A DNA stretch of 64,000 nt. It comes from a bacterium (GTDB lineage Bacteria > Fidelibacterota > UBA2242). Numbering within the stretch: position 1 is the stretch's first letter; the number at the start of each line of letters is the position of its first letter. The notes beneath the pieces are model-generated. The model was not told the DNA's origin and searched no databases. It saw only the letters and a program-made list of their open reading frames with translations. Of this stretch, positions 19,791 to 30,268 are shown piece by piece. The DNA lies in the NCBI GenBank assembly GCA_018824205.1, contig JAHJGX010000053.1, positions 15,869-79,868 of the forward strand, read 5' to 3'. The position numbers were made by a program, and so were the translations under genes.

Positions 19791-20411
19791 ATGGCTAATT
19801 ATAAGCTGAACACACAATTACGCACCGACATTCATAAAAGCGTAAACAAGCAACTGCGAAAAGAAGGAAAAATTCCCGCTGTTTATTATTTTCACCGGGA
19901 AAATCCCATACCGCTATCCGTTGATTTAAAAGAATTACGGAGTATAATTCATTCCAACGCCCATATTATTGAATTGCATATGGGGGACAATAAACAGATC
20001 TGTCTTCTCAAAGATCTCCAGCACGATCCCGTAACCGACGAGATCATTCATGCCGACTTCATGGGCATTACGCTTAAAGAAGACATTACCGTCAACGTAC
20101 CAATCGTTGTCGAGGGTTCAGCTATCGGCGTCCGTGACTTTGGCGGTGTGCTGGCCCAGCATCTGTGGGAAGTTGAAGTAAAATGTAAGGCAACCAGTAT
20201 ACCCGATAATTTCACTGTCAATGTCAGTGCGCTGAATATCGGTGATTCTATCACTGTGTCTGATCTGACGGCTGAAAACTTTGAAATTTTGACATCAATT
20301 AAAAATTCCATCGTTTCCGTTGTAAAAGCAACCGGTATGAAGCTTGAAGAAGACGAAGAAGAAGTCGAAGAAGAGGAAGAGGCTGAAGAAAACGCAGACG
20401 GCAAAAACTAA
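19791..20411 (+). CDS. rplY: 50S ribosomal protein L25 / general stress protein Ctc, with an acidic C-terminal tail
   Basis: 'RKEGKIPAVYY' L25 signature. 206 aa, ending 'EEDEEEVEEEEEAEENADGKN'. The prs-rplY-pth order is conserved. Confidence 0.8.
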   Translation: MANYKLNTQLRTDIHKSVNKQLRKEGKIPAVYYFHRENPIPLSVDLKELRSIIHSNAHIIELHMGDNKQICLLKDLQHDPVTDEIIHADFMGITLKEDITVNVPIVVEGSAIGVRDFGGVLAQHLWEVEVKCKATSIPDNFTVNVSALNIGDSITVSDLTAENFEILTSIKNSIVSVVKATGMKLEEDEEEVEEEEEAEENADGKN

Positions 20412-20427
20412 TAGCCCAGAATGATAA

Positions 20428-21084
20428 TTGATGACCAGTTTCTTTTCAAAAATAAAACGGCAGTCAGCCGGTGATATTACAAAGGCAATTATGGGACTCG
20501 GCAACCCCGGAACAATGTATGCAAATAACCGACACAACTTTGGTTTTATGGTAATCGATCATATCGCCGAAGCAAGACAGTTACGCTTTCGTTCCGGTGG
20601 GAAATCCTACCTTTGGTGTGAAGATTCGGTATCACAAAATGGCGACAGTATTGCCATATGTTTATCAAAACCACTTACGTATATGAATAAAAGTGGTGTT
20701 GCTGCCGGTCAATTACTTCGCAATTGCAACTTACCTCCGGAAAAGATGCTGGTCATTTACGATGATATTGATTTGCCGCTGGGTCGAATCCGCTTGCGCA
20801 AGGACGGTTCCGCCGGTGGCCACAACGGCATAAAATCCATTACAGATTACCTGCAGACCCAGAACTTTCCACGTCTACGTCTCGGGATTGGTCCACAGGA
20901 CGACGGTGTTCCGGCTGAAGACTTTGTACTGGATGACTTCACCAAATCCGAGCGAAACATTGTCGATAAGGTTCTGGACCTAGGCGCCAAAATTGTTATG
21001 GAATATCTCTCATCCGATTTAGACAGTATGATGAATAAGTACAACACTATTGATCTTCGCGAAATAAAAACAGGAGACGCCTGA
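20428..21084 (+). CDS. pth: Peptidyl-tRNA hydrolase
   Basis: '[20 protein letters not shown]' and 'GHNGIKS' motifs. The start could instead be the internal Met at 20491. Confidence 0.85.
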   Translation: MMTSFFSKIKRQSAGDITKAIMGLGNPGTMYANNRHNFGFMVIDHIAEARQLRFRSGGKSYLWCEDSVSQNGDSIAICLSKPLTYMNKSGVAAGQLLRNCNLPPEKMLVIYDDIDLPLGRIRLRKDGSAGGHNGIKSITDYLQTQNFPRLRLGIGPQDDGVPAEDFVLDDFTKSERNIVDKVLDLGAKIVMEYLSSDLDSMMNKYNTIDLREIKTGDA

Positions 21085-21086
21085 CA

Positions 21087-23132
21087 ATGCCGGAAGTCTC
21101 AATTAACTGGGTATACCTGACAATTTTCACCGGGCTTATTGCGCTGGTTTTTGCCTTTTTTAAATCCTTATGGGTTTCAAAACAGGATGCCGGCAACGAT
21201 ACTATGCAGACAATTGCCAGACATATTCGTGAAGGTGCTATGGCCTTTTTATATCGGGAGTACAGAGTTCTCCTGGTTTTTTTACTGGCCGTTGCCGTGC
21301 TTTTGTTCACGGTGAATAGTGGTGCTAATCGGCTGGTTGCACTGTCTTTCCTTATTGGCGCTATCTGTTCCGGGCTGGCCGGCTATGTCGGTATGCGGAT
21401 TGCAACACTGGCCAATGTCCGAACCACCCAGGCCGCCAGAACCGGCCTGAATGAAGCCTTGAAAGTTGCTTTTTCCAGCGGTTCCGTGATGGGAATGAGT
21501 GTTGTCGGTCTGGGATTGATCGGTCTGGCCGCTCTTTTTGCCTTTTTAGTAAAAATGTTTGGCAGCTCGATTAACAGCCTTGACAATGTTGTATTGCCGA
21601 TACTTAGCGGCTTTAGCTTCGGGGCCAGCTCCGTTGCACTGTTCGCACGGGTCGGCGGCGGAATTTATACCAAAGCCGCAGATGTCGGCGCCGATCTGGT
21701 TGGAAAAGTTGAAGCCGGTATTCCCGAAGATGATCCCCGCAATCCCGCAACTATTGCCGATAACGTCGGTGACAATGTCGGTGATGTTGCCGGTATGGGC
21801 GCCGATCTTTTTGAAAGCTATGTGGGGTCAATCATCGGTACAATGGTTCTCGGCACCCTATTTGGACTTAATCTGGTCATTCTTCCGCTGGCGCTTGCCG
21901 GCTTGGGGATCCTCTGTTCCCTGGTCGGAACGTTCATGGTAAAGACCAGCGAAGGCGGCAATCCTCAGAAGGCATTGAACCGGGGAACCCTGGTTGCGGA
22001 TGGCCTGATGCTCCTTCTAATATATCCGGTAACAAAACTGTTTTTACCCGGAACCCTTTCTGTGGGTACTTTAACATTGGACGCATTTGATATCTGGCTG
22101 GCAACACTGACGGGGCTCATTGCTGGATTTGCGATTGGAATGATCACCGAACACTACACATCGGAATCCAGGAAACCCACCCAGTGGATCGCCCGGCAAT
22201 CACTCACCGGTCACGCCACAAACATCATCGCCGGTTTGAGTCTTGGCATGCTGTCAACAATGTGGCCCACACTTTTCATTGCCGGAGCAATCATGATCGC
22301 TTACAGCGTTGCCGGTCTTTATGGCATTGCGATTGCCGCACTCGGCATGCTGTCAACGACAGGCATCCAGTTAGCGATCGATGCCTACGGACCCGTTGCT
22401 GATAATGCCGGCGGTATTGCCGAAATGTCCAGGCTTGGTCGGGATGTCCGCAAGCGCACAGACAAACTGGACGCTGTTGGCAACACAACGGCCGCCGTCG
22501 GAAAAGGCTTTGCAATTGGCTCGGCGGCATTGACTGCCCTGGCCCTTTTTGCCGCCTTTCAGATATCAGCCAACATCCCATCCATCAACCTGACCAATCC
22601 TTTTGTCATTGCCGGCCTGCTGATTGGCGGAATGTTGCCGTTCCTGTTCAGCAGTATGGCAATGCGTGCCGTTGGCGAAGCCGCCTATGAAATGATTAAA
22701 GAAGTACGTCGTCAGTTCCGGGAAATCAAAGGATTAATGGAGGGGCTGGCCAGCGCAGATTATTCCAAATGTGTCGATATTTCAACATCTGCTGCAATTA
22801 AAAAAATGATTCTTCCGGGTACATTGGCAGTTGTCATTCCTCCGGTCCTTGGGTTTATTAACAAGGAGATGTTGGGTGGTTTACTGGCCGGTGTCACCGT
22901 AACCGGCGTATTGATGGCAATATTTATGGCAAATTCCGGCGGCGCCTGGGACAACGCCAAAAAGTATATCGAAGAGGGCAATCTGGGCGGGAAAGGCAGT
23001 GAGGCCCACAAAGCCGCCGTTACCGGCGACACCGTGGGTGATCCTTTCAAAGATACTGCCGGACCGTCTTTAAATATCTTAATTAAATTAATGACAGTGG
23101 TGTCGCTGGTGATAGCCCCACTGTTAAGGTAG
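21087..23132 (+). CDS. hppA: Membrane-bound proton/sodium-translocating pyrophosphatase
   Basis: 681 aa with about 16 TM segments. '[20 protein letters not shown]', '[21 protein letters not shown]' and '[16 protein letters not shown]' are V-PPase signatures. Confidence 0.9.
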   Translation: MPEVSINWVYLTIFTGLIALVFAFFKSLWVSKQDAGNDTMQTIARHIREGAMAFLYREYRVLLVFLLAVAVLLFTVNSGANRLVALSFLIGAICSGLAGYVGMRIATLANVRTTQAARTGLNEALKVAFSSGSVMGMSVVGLGLIGLAALFAFLVKMFGSSINSLDNVVLPILSGFSFGASSVALFARVGGGIYTKAADVGADLVGKVEAGIPEDDPRNPATIADNVGDNVGDVAGMGADLFESYVGSIIGTMVLGTLFGLNLVILPLALAGLGILCSLVGTFMVKTSEGGNPQKALNRGTLVADGLMLLLIYPVTKLFLPGTLSVGTLTLDAFDIWLATLTGLIAGFAIGMITEHYTSESRKPTQWIARQSLTGHATNIIAGLSLGMLSTMWPTLFIAGAIMIAYSVAGLYGIAIAALGMLSTTGIQLAIDAYGPVADNAGGIAEMSRLGRDVRKRTDKLDAVGNTTAAVGKGFAIGSAALTALALFAAFQISANIPSINLTNPFVIAGLLIGGMLPFLFSSMAMRAVGEAAYEMIKEVRRQFREIKGLMEGLASADYSKCVDISTSAAIKKMILPGTLAVVIPPVLGFINKEMLGGLLAGVTVTGVLMAIFMANSGGAWDNAKKYIEEGNLGGKGSEAHKAAVTGDTVGDPFKDTAGPSLNILIKLMTVVSLVIAPLLR

Positions 23133-23167
23133 TAACTAAACGATTATTAACATAAGGAGTTCGACCT

Positions 23168-23512
23168 GTGAGGTATTACGAAAATCTGTTTATTGTTCAT
23201 CCCAATTATGAACAGGAGAAGCTGACCCATACTATTGAATCAGCTAAAAAAGAAATCGCTAATCTGAACGGAAACGTGCTTGTCGTTGAAGAGTGGGGCA
23301 AACGTCGTCTGGCCTACCCGATCGACAAACAGAAATACGGCAGTTATATCCTGATTCAATATGAATCGGAAAACCAGAAAGTCAATCTTGAGCTGGAAGC
23401 CTGGATGAAATTGCGTGCGGAAATTTTGTCCTATATGACTGTTACGCTGGACGGTAAACCGGAACCGCGTTCAACAGACGCAAGTGAAGCAAACCGAAAT
23501 GATGAAAATTAG
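23168..23512 (+). CDS. rpsF: 30S ribosomal protein S6
   Basis: GTG start. '[18 protein letters not shown]...[12 protein letters not shown]'. Confidence 0.85.
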   Translation: MRYYENLFIVHPNYEQEKLTHTIESAKKEIANLNGNVLVVEEWGKRRLAYPIDKQKYGSYILIQYESENQKVNLELEAWMKLRAEILSYMTVTLDGKPEPRSTDASEANRNDEN

Positions 23513-23559
23513 GGCGCGATCGGTTCCAATCTGATCAGACTCTAAACTTCAATATATTA

Positions 23560-23805
23560 ATGAAAGGAAAAGCTATGGCGCTATTAAACAAGAAGAAGAT
23601 TTGCAAATTCTGTGAAAGTCAAAGAGAGCAAATCGACTATAAAAACTACAAGACTCTGCGTCGTTTTATCACAGAACAGGGTAAAATTATCCCCAGCCGG
23701 ATTACCGGTACATGTGCAAAACACCAGCGGGAGCTGACCAAGGCAATCAAGCGCGCCCGTAATATCGCGTTGATACCTTACGCCTACGACGTAACACAAA
23801 ATTAA
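23560..23805 (+). CDS. rpsR: 30S ribosomal protein S18
   Basis: '[53 protein letters not shown]'. No ssb/priB gene lies between rpsF and rpsR. Confidence 0.9.
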   Translation: MKGKAMALLNKKKICKFCESQREQIDYKNYKTLRRFITEQGKIIPSRITGTCAKHQRELTKAIKRARNIALIPYAYDVTQN

Positions 23806-23831
23806 TTCATACAGATACACAGGAGGCTATT

Positions 23832-24275
23832 GTGCGTATTATATTACTTCAGGATTTTGAAAGCCTGGGAAATGCCGGCGAACAGATTGACGTCAAAGAC
23901 GGATATGCCCGCAATTTTCTTTTTCCCAAAGGTCTTGCTCTGAAAGCCGATAAAAACAGTATTAAACGATTCCAGGAAATGGCACGTCTGAAAGACAAGA
24001 AAAAAGACCGCGCCCTGAAACAGTCCAGAGAACTCGCCGAAAAACTTCAGGCAATTTCTTTGACCGTTCCGGTTCAGGTTGGCGAAGAAGATCGGGTGTT
24101 TGGCGCAGTTACATCGATTGAAATTGCCCAGCAGTTAAAAGACAAGGGCTACGATATTGACAAACGTCAGATCATTCTTGAAGAGCCGATTAAAGCGCTG
24201 GGAATTTTCGAAATTCCAATCAAACTGCATTCCGAAATTACTGCCAGTATTAAGCTCTGGGTTATTAAAGCTTAG
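23832..24275 (+). CDS. rplI: 50S ribosomal protein L9
   Basis: GTG start. 'MRIILLQDFESLGNAGEQIDVKDGYARNFLFPKGLA'. Confidence 0.85.
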   Translation: MRIILLQDFESLGNAGEQIDVKDGYARNFLFPKGLALKADKNSIKRFQEMARLKDKKKDRALKQSRELAEKLQAISLTVPVQVGEEDRVFGAVTSIEIAQQLKDKGYDIDKRQIILEEPIKALGIFEIPIKLHSEITASIKLWVIKA

Positions 24276-24301
24276 TCCGTTTTTTTCTACCCAATATATA
24301 C

Positions 24302-24340
24302 AAGGCGAAACCAGTCTCGTTTCGCCTTTATTATTTCTTT
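24302..24340 (+). terminator. Rho-independent terminator after rplI
   Basis: Stem GGCGAAAC / GTTTCGCC with loop CAGTCTC, followed by TTTATTATTTCTTT. Confidence 0.55.
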
Positions 24341-24403
24341 CCGTTCGTCTGGCGCGATATAGGCTTGTGAAAAGGCGAAAAGTGCGGTATATTTTTCATA
24401 CTT

Positions 24404-26851
24404 ATGTCTGATCTTCTGGTAAATATTGCCTTTCCGTCCTCTGCATTAAGACAACTCTTTACTTATCGCATAAATCCGGAAAATAAATCGGTTCTCGCGC
24501 CGGGCCAACGTGTCGTTGCCCCTTTGAGAAATGTACCGACAATCGGCTTTGTGGCCGGAACCGGGATTACGGCCCCCGGAGGTATTAAACTTAAAACTAT
24601 TATCGAAATCATCGACCCGGAACCCCTGATTCCGGAAGACCTGTTTCGATTTTTAATCAAATTATCCGACTATTATCTGGCCCCACTGGGCAAGACGCTC
24701 TCGGCCGCTATTCCCTCAGAATATCAGATCCAGAAGCATCGTCAGGTCTTTACAGTTGATCCCCGTACTGATTCTGTTCCGGAACCGTATCTGCAGCTGT
24801 TTGCTAAAATCTCATCCACCGACTCAATTCTCCTTTCAAGTTTGAAGCGGCAGTTTGATAAAGAAACCCTTGCGCACGGCATTGAAATTCTGAAAAAATT
24901 AAAAAAAATCAGCGAAACGCCCCTGTTCAGCGCTCCGCAGTATCGGCCCCTCGTTCAAAAACGTATTCTGCTAGCGGACAATTTTAATACCAATCAGCCG
25001 GACATCCTGAATCTAAAGAAGCGTGCTCCCCGACAGTGGGAAATACTTGAGCATCTACAAATACATCAAGCTATTCCTCAGCAAGATTTTATTAATTTTT
25101 CCATGGCCGCCATTAAAACACTATCCGATAAGCAATTGATAATCATCGAAGAAACGGAAATTTCTGATGATATCTTCTGGAAAGAGATTCTGTCCAAAGA
25201 AAAAACTGTTTCGCTTACAGATGAGCAGAATCTTGTAACCAAAGAAATCGCTCAACATATCGGTTCGGATCGTTTTGCCCCATTTTTAATCCAGGGGGTC
25301 ACCGGCAGCGGAAAAACTGAAGTCTATCTGAAACTGATAAAAAAGACGCTGGCAATAGGCAAATCTGCTCTGGTTTTGGTACCGGAAATAACCCTTACGA
25401 CTCATCTCGCCAGCCGGTTCAGGGGTGAATTTAAAGATACTATCGCCATCTGGCACAGTCATCTCAGCAGTACCCAGCGCAATACACTCTGGAAGAAAAT
25501 CCGGGACGGACTTTATCCCATTGTCATTGGGGCCCGCAGCGCTGTACTTCTTCCAATTCGCCACCTGGGATTAATCATTATTGACGAAGAGCAGGACGGC
25601 TCGTTTAAACAGCGCGACCAGGAGCCCAAATATCATGCCCGTGATGCCGCATTGATGCGGGCAGTGGAAGCTCGGGCCGTTGTTGTTATGGGCTCAGCCA
25701 CCCCCAGCCTGGAAAGTCTTTACAATGCAGCGATCGGCAAATTTCAAAAATTAGAATTAAAAAAACGGTATTCCAATGCCCCTTCCGCTACAATTGAAAT
25801 TGTTGATATGAAGGCCGAGTGGAAGAGTACCGGTGATTTTGAAAATCCCATCTCCCGGCTTTTGAAAGAGAAGATCGCCGAGAAACTCGATCGAAACGAA
25901 CAGATTCTGCTGCTTCAGAACCGTCGTGGTTATTCCAATGTCATTCTATGCCCCGATTGCGGTTGGACGCCCAAATGCCGGAATTGTGACATCTCCCTGA
26001 CCTATCATAAAAACGCCGCCACATTACTCTGTCATTACTGTAACTTAATCCAGCAGCCTCCGGTCTTTTGTCCGAACTGTCAGTCGTCTAAATTTCTCTA
26101 TCCGGGATTTGGTACCCAGCGAGTTGAAACCTGCCTCCAGGATGCTTTCCCAAATCATAAGATCGTCAGATTAGACATCGACAGCACCCGTAAACAGGGA
26201 TTTTCACAGCGGGTCATGCGGGAGTTTGAATCCGGTAACATTGACATAATCCTGGGAACCCAGATGATCGCCAAGGGTCTTGATTTTCACAATGTAACTC
26301 TGGTTGGTGTATTGAATGCGGATATTGGCCTGTTCATGCCGGATTTTCGGGCTAGGGAACGGGTATTCCATCTGCTTTATCAGGTTGCCGGACGTGCCGG
26401 CAGGGGAAAAATTCAGGGAGAGGTGTTTATTCAAAGCTTCAATCCCCAGGATATTACCATTCGTTTTGCAATGCAGCAGAACATCGCCAAATTTACCGCC
26501 CTGGAATTAAATGAGCGGAACCCGATTAATTATCCGCCGTTCAGCCGTTTGGCTGCGATACTGTTTTCCGGCCTTAATGAATCTCAGGTCCGAGAGGCCG
26601 CCGAAACGTGTACCCATTATCTAAAACAGCACAATAAAAAACTGGAGGTGTTGGGTCCGACTCCCGCCCCTATCAGCAAAATCAAAAACCGCTACCGGTA
26701 CTTGTCTATTATTAAATCCCGCAAAGAGACCGACCCCAACGGTACGCGACTACGTTCTGTGCTCAAATCGTTTCTGGTATCAGTAGTTTATCAATCTCAA
26801 AGCCGTCAAGTCCGCATCAGTGTTGATATTGATCCAATGGATTTACTCTGA
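24404..26851 (+). CDS. priA: Primosomal protein N' (replication restart helicase PriA)
   Basis: 815 aa. Walker A 'GVTGSGKTEVYL', 'IIIDEEQD' and the Cys4 zinc-binding insert 'CPDCGW...CRNCD...CHYCN...CPNCQ'. Confidence 0.9.
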   Translation: MSDLLVNIAFPSSALRQLFTYRINPENKSVLAPGQRVVAPLRNVPTIGFVAGTGITAPGGIKLKTIIEIIDPEPLIPEDLFRFLIKLSDYYLAPLGKTLSAAIPSEYQIQKHRQVFTVDPRTDSVPEPYLQLFAKISSTDSILLSSLKRQFDKETLAHGIEILKKLKKISETPLFSAPQYRPLVQKRILLADNFNTNQPDILNLKKRAPRQWEILEHLQIHQAIPQQDFINFSMAAIKTLSDKQLIIIEETEISDDIFWKEILSKEKTVSLTDEQNLVTKEIAQHIGSDRFAPFLIQGVTGSGKTEVYLKLIKKTLAIGKSALVLVPEITLTTHLASRFRGEFKDTIAIWHSHLSSTQRNTLWKKIRDGLYPIVIGARSAVLLPIRHLGLIIIDEEQDGSFKQRDQEPKYHARDAALMRAVEARAVVVMGSATPSLESLYNAAIGKFQKLELKKRYSNAPSATIEIVDMKAEWKSTGDFENPISRLLKEKIAEKLDRNEQILLLQNRRGYSNVILCPDCGWTPKCRNCDISLTYHKNAATLLCHYCNLIQQPPVFCPNCQSSKFLYPGFGTQRVETCLQDAFPNHKIVRLDIDSTRKQGFSQRVMREFESGNIDIILGTQMIAKGLDFHNVTLVGVLNADIGLFMPDFRARERVFHLLYQVAGRAGRGKIQGEVFIQSFNPQDITIRFAMQQNIAKFTALELNERNPINYPPFSRLAAILFSGLNESQVREAAETCTHYLKQHNKKLEVLGPTPAPISKIKNRYRYLSIIKSRKETDPNGTRLRSVLKSFLVSVVYQSQSRQVRISVDIDPMDLL

Positions 26852-27753
26852 TGCCAAAATTTATTCTTCTGTTATTATTTGTCTTATGCAATTTACTGTC
26901 TGCCGAACAAAAAGTACTGATAGCCGACAATATCCACATCTTTTACCCGGAAAAACGGGAACAGCTGGCTGTTTTCACAATGAACACTATTCAAGACCAC
27001 GTTCCACAATTAAGGAATGTGTTTGGTGATAATACCCGGCCGATTCGTGTGTATATTACCGATTCGCAAGCAGCTTTTGAACAATTGGCGGGCTCCCATC
27101 TGCCCTATTGGACAGCCGCTGTAACCATTTTCCCTAAACAGATAATCGTATTAAAATCCCCCGGTCTGACCAATACCAACCTGCGTCAGTTCCGTGAAAC
27201 CGTAGAGCATGAATTTATCCATTTATACCAGGGATTGTTTGTGCCGTTGAATATTACTCCCGCCTGGTTTAACGAAGGGTGGGCCAACTATATCAGTCGT
27301 CCCTATGATATTCAGAGTAGAATTATTCTGTCGCGGGCGATTCTTAAAAACCGGATTATACCACTCTCAAAATTGGTGGATTTTTTAACGTACAACCACC
27401 TGCAGGCCGAACTTGCCTACGCGGAAAGCTCGTCCATGATAGAGTTTCTGGTCGTTGTATATGGAGAGCAAATCATTCGTGAAATATTTAGCAACATTGC
27501 GGTCACAAAAAACTTTCACGTAACGCTTCAGCGGTTGACAGATACCGAGATCGAAATCCTGGAATATCGCTGGAAAAAGTATATTGTCAGCCGGTACCGC
27601 TGGATATTTCTGTTGGACATTCAGTACATTATTTGGTTAATTATACCGTTATTGGTCATAATTGTGTATTTTATCAAAGGTCGTCGGAACAAAAAAATCG
27701 TTCAACAGTGGAATATTGAAGAAAATAGTGAAAATGAGACGCTGACAGAATGA
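26851..27753 (+). CDS. Peptidase_MA_2-like (gluzincin HExxH...NEGxA) protein with N-terminal signal peptide and C-terminal TM anchor
   Basis: 'VEHEFIHLYQG' (HExxH), then 'NEGWANYI' about 20 residues later, which matches the Peptidase_MA_2/M1-like pattern. C-terminal hydrophobic 'WIFLLDIQYIIWLIIPLLVIIVYFI' followed by KGRRNKK. The start overlaps the priA stop (TGATG). Confidence 0.5.
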   Translation: MPKFILLLLFVLCNLLSAEQKVLIADNIHIFYPEKREQLAVFTMNTIQDHVPQLRNVFGDNTRPIRVYITDSQAAFEQLAGSHLPYWTAAVTIFPKQIIVLKSPGLTNTNLRQFRETVEHEFIHLYQGLFVPLNITPAWFNEGWANYISRPYDIQSRIILSRAILKNRIIPLSKLVDFLTYNHLQAELAYAESSSMIEFLVVVYGEQIIREIFSNIAVTKNFHVTLQRLTDTEIEILEYRWKKYIVSRYRWIFLLDIQYIIWLIIPLLVIIVYFIKGRRNKKIVQQWNIEENSENETLTE

Positions 27754-28667
27754 AAAAACAGATATTACTGGTTCTGATATATTTCCTGATGATCAATGCC
27801 ACCGGTCTCAATGGCCAGGCGTTTTTTCAGGGACTCAATCATCCCGTAAATGCCCGGGGCTGGGGAATGGGAGCCGCCGCCAGCAGTCAATCCAAATCCG
27901 CTTCCGGTGTTCTATTCAACCCCGCTGTCATTGCTCATTCACCCGATCTGTGGCAAATTAATTACACGATGTTTCCACTTGATATTTCTGCCAGCTCGGC
28001 GTATACGGTTTTTACAACTCCCGTTCCGGGAAAATTTGCCGTGCTGTTTAGTTATCTGAATTACGGCTCGTTTACCGAACGGGACTGGGAGGGCACAGAA
28101 ACCGGCAGCTTCAGTGTGTATGATTTGACATCGTCTGTAGCCTACAGCCGGAAACTGACCCGACGGCTCAGCATGGGACTATCAACGGCTTTGACGCAAT
28201 CCCGATTAAATACTATGACCGCATCGGCCTTTCTGGGGTCGCTTGGAATTCTTTACCACAATGAAGTTTCCACCCTGTCAATTGGATTAAGTTATCGGAA
28301 TTTTGGCATTCTGATTGACAGCTTCTCCGGCAGCGATGAACCTTTACCATCAATGCTGATCGCCGGTATTTCAAAAAAGTTGGCGCATTTGCCAATGATC
28401 CTGTCCGTAGATGCCTTTCGGTCCTATCGGGACGAATATATTGCCAATATCGGTGGTGAATTTATCATCGGGGAACACCTGTTTCTGCGGTGGGGAAACT
28501 CCACGCGGCGATTCCAAATCCGTGGCCAGGAAAGTTTTAAAAACTTTTTCAGCTCAGCATCTGCCGGAATTGGAATCAATTTTCGGTCCTTTGTCTTTGA
28601 CCTCGCCGTTGTAGGCCTAAGCGACGCGGGAAATATTTCATCAATAAGCATTACCCAATATTTATAA
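27750..28667 (+). CDS. Outer-membrane beta-barrel protein, FadL / PorQ-PorV-like
   Basis: Signal peptide. 'ARGWGMGAAASSQSKSASGVLFNPAVIA' resembles the N-terminal hatch motif of FadL/PorV/PorQ-type barrels (G-G-A...D-A-S...NPAG). Alternating amphipathic beta-strands and a C-terminal aromatic-rich strand. ATGA overlap with the upstream gene. Confidence 0.45.
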   Translation: MKKQILLVLIYFLMINATGLNGQAFFQGLNHPVNARGWGMGAAASSQSKSASGVLFNPAVIAHSPDLWQINYTMFPLDISASSAYTVFTTPVPGKFAVLFSYLNYGSFTERDWEGTETGSFSVYDLTSSVAYSRKLTRRLSMGLSTALTQSRLNTMTASAFLGSLGILYHNEVSTLSIGLSYRNFGILIDSFSGSDEPLPSMLIAGISKKLAHLPMILSVDAFRSYRDEYIANIGGEFIIGEHLFLRWGNSTRRFQIRGQESFKNFFSSASAGIGINFRSFVFDLAVVGLSDAGNISSISITQYL

Positions 28668-28679
28668 AGGAAGACCCTA

Positions 28680-29075
28680 ATGAAGAAAAAATCCTTAATG
28701 CAGTTACTTTTAATAACAACAGTGTCTCTGTTATTACTGCTCTCGTTCTGTGAAAGCACGGATAACCCGACAGTGAGTTTCAACGATGATATTTTACCAA
28801 TTTTTAAAACACAGTGTACGCGTTGCCATTTCGATAATGCCAGTCCGGGCAATCTCGATTTATCCAGCTATGGAGCCCTCATGAGCGGCAACAGTAATCA
28901 CCCTGATAATCTTGTGGTGCTTGGCTATCCCTCTCAGAGCCTCTTATACGAGTCAATTGCCAGCGATGAACAAGCTATCCTTCCATATCGTATGCCACAG
29001 GGCGGTCCGTATCTTCAGGGAATCGAAATTCAGTTAATCGAAGACTGGATTTACCAGGGCGCCAAAGACAATTAA
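28680..29075 (+). CDS. Small c-type cytochrome lipoprotein, standalone PSCyt1 (planctomycete cytochrome C) domain
   Basis: 131 aa with signal peptide. A single heme-binding 'CTRCH'. 'ILPIFKTQCTRCHFDN...PGNLDLSSYGALMSGNSNH...PYRMPQGGPYLQGIEIQLIEDWIYQGA' matches the PSCyt1 domain consensus along its length. Confidence 0.6.
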   Translation: MKKKSLMQLLLITTVSLLLLLSFCESTDNPTVSFNDDILPIFKTQCTRCHFDNASPGNLDLSSYGALMSGNSNHPDNLVVLGYPSQSLLYESIASDEQAILPYRMPQGGPYLQGIEIQLIEDWIYQGAKDN

Positions 29076-29077
29076 AA

Positions 29078-29108
29078 AGAGGGATTGACCGCCCGGATCA
29101 ATCCCTCT
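29078..29108. terminator. Bidirectional terminator between convergent operons
   Basis: Perfect 11-bp inverted repeat AGAGGGATTGA...TCAATCCCTCT with a 9-nt loop. A T/A-rich flank on both strands. It lies between the PSCyt1 gene (+) and the lipoprotein gene (-). Confidence 0.55.
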
Positions 29109-29129
29109 CTGTTCTATAAATCCAATATT

Positions 29130-30200
29130 CTATGACGATCGCGTAAAGGTGTATTCCACTGTCACCCAGCCATAACCTTCATAATATTCTGTATCGGTCT
29201 TCAGTGTCATTGTATTCCCGGAAATATGATATTCCTGAACCCAGGCAATCAGGGGCGCCTCGTCTCGATATATAAATACATAGCCACTATTCGTCTTCCA
29301 GTTAAATGTATACGATTCCGAACCAGCCAGGGTCGTTATGGCCCATGTACCGGCTCCGTTACTGTTCAGATCAAGCGTGATTTGTAGCCCGAATATTGGA
29401 TTTAAAAAGCCATCAATTGTCACAGAAGAGAGTAGCCAGGTACCTACGCCATTTGGATCAATCTCGCCGGCATCTTTGACAAAGGTGAATTCTTCGCATA
29501 GGCCATCTTCATTGTAAATCATACCCGTTAAAACGCCCTCATTTATCGAATACTGGATTACCATCGGTATCTGCTCGCCTTCACCGAAAACAACCAGATA
29601 ATTACCCGATGAATTCCAAGTCAAGGGATCAATATTCACGTCCTGCGACCCTTCCAGATCGTCGATCCGGTAATCAACGGCATTTCCGTCAGGGGTAAAC
29701 ACAATCCGTTCAACCGTCAACGGTTCTTCCGTCCCGATTTGTGAATCTACCATAATCCAGGTTCCAATCAAATCCGGGTCTTTTTCACCGATATACTTCA
29801 CGTATATCTCTTCGTAAGAATGACCCTCTGAACTGTACGTAAAGTGGACCACAGTATTGTTGTCGCTCAATGTAAAAGAACCGCTCCAGATAGTGCTGTC
29901 ATTTTCATCGGTGATCGTAATCCTAGCGCCATCCGTCGCCCACGCAAACGAATCGTAAAAAGGTTCTTCCTGATCCGGTTCATCCCGGCCCTCAATAGTG
30001 CCATTGCCATTATCCTGCAATTTGATCAATGCCGGAAATCCATATTGCACACCGTCTTCGATTACCGAAAAACGATACCAGACACCAACCAGTTCTTTAT
30101 TTAACACATCCTCTTCTGGTGTAGAAAAAAGATTTTCAAGACAGGCCGGAGCGAATAGCAGCATCGCTACAAGCCCGACAATTAATATGGATTTATTCAT
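29130..30200 (-). CDS. Lipoprotein with 3-4 tandem lipocalin-like (calycin) repeats
   Basis: Signal peptide plus lipobox 'LLFAPAC'. Recurring repeat starts 'LVGVWYRFSV', 'LIGTWIMVDS', 'GVGTWLLSSV', 'GAGTWAI' fit the G-x-W pattern of the lipocalin-like domain. It is the last gene of the OPT operon. Confidence 0.5.
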   Translation of the reverse strand: MNKSILIVGLVAMLLFAPACLENLFSTPEEDVLNKELVGVWYRFSVIEDGVQYGFPALIKLQDNGNGTIEGRDEPDQEEPFYDSFAWATDGARITITDENDSTIWSGSFTLSDNNTVVHFTYSSEGHSYEEIYVKYIGEKDPDLIGTWIMVDSQIGTEEPLTVERIVFTPDGNAVDYRIDDLEGSQDVNIDPLTWNSSGNYLVVFGEGEQIPMVIQYSINEGVLTGMIYNEDGLCEEFTFVKDAGEIDPNGVGTWLLSSVTIDGFLNPIFGLQITLDLNSNGAGTWAITTLAGSESYTFNWKTNSGYVFIYRDEAPLIAWVQEYHISGNTMTLKTDTEYYEGYGWVTVEYTFTRSS

Positions 30201-30268
30201 CTCTATTCCTCCCTGTTTTTATTGAACATACACATTTAATACATCATAAAACGTGCGCTGGAATACAA

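Noticed and set aside
19791-20411. Possibility that the acidic-tail protein is a separate stress protein rather than ribosomal L25
   Set aside because: The N-terminal 'RKEGKIPAVYY' block and the prs-rplY-pth synteny fit L25/Ctc. The acidic tail is an extension, not a different protein.
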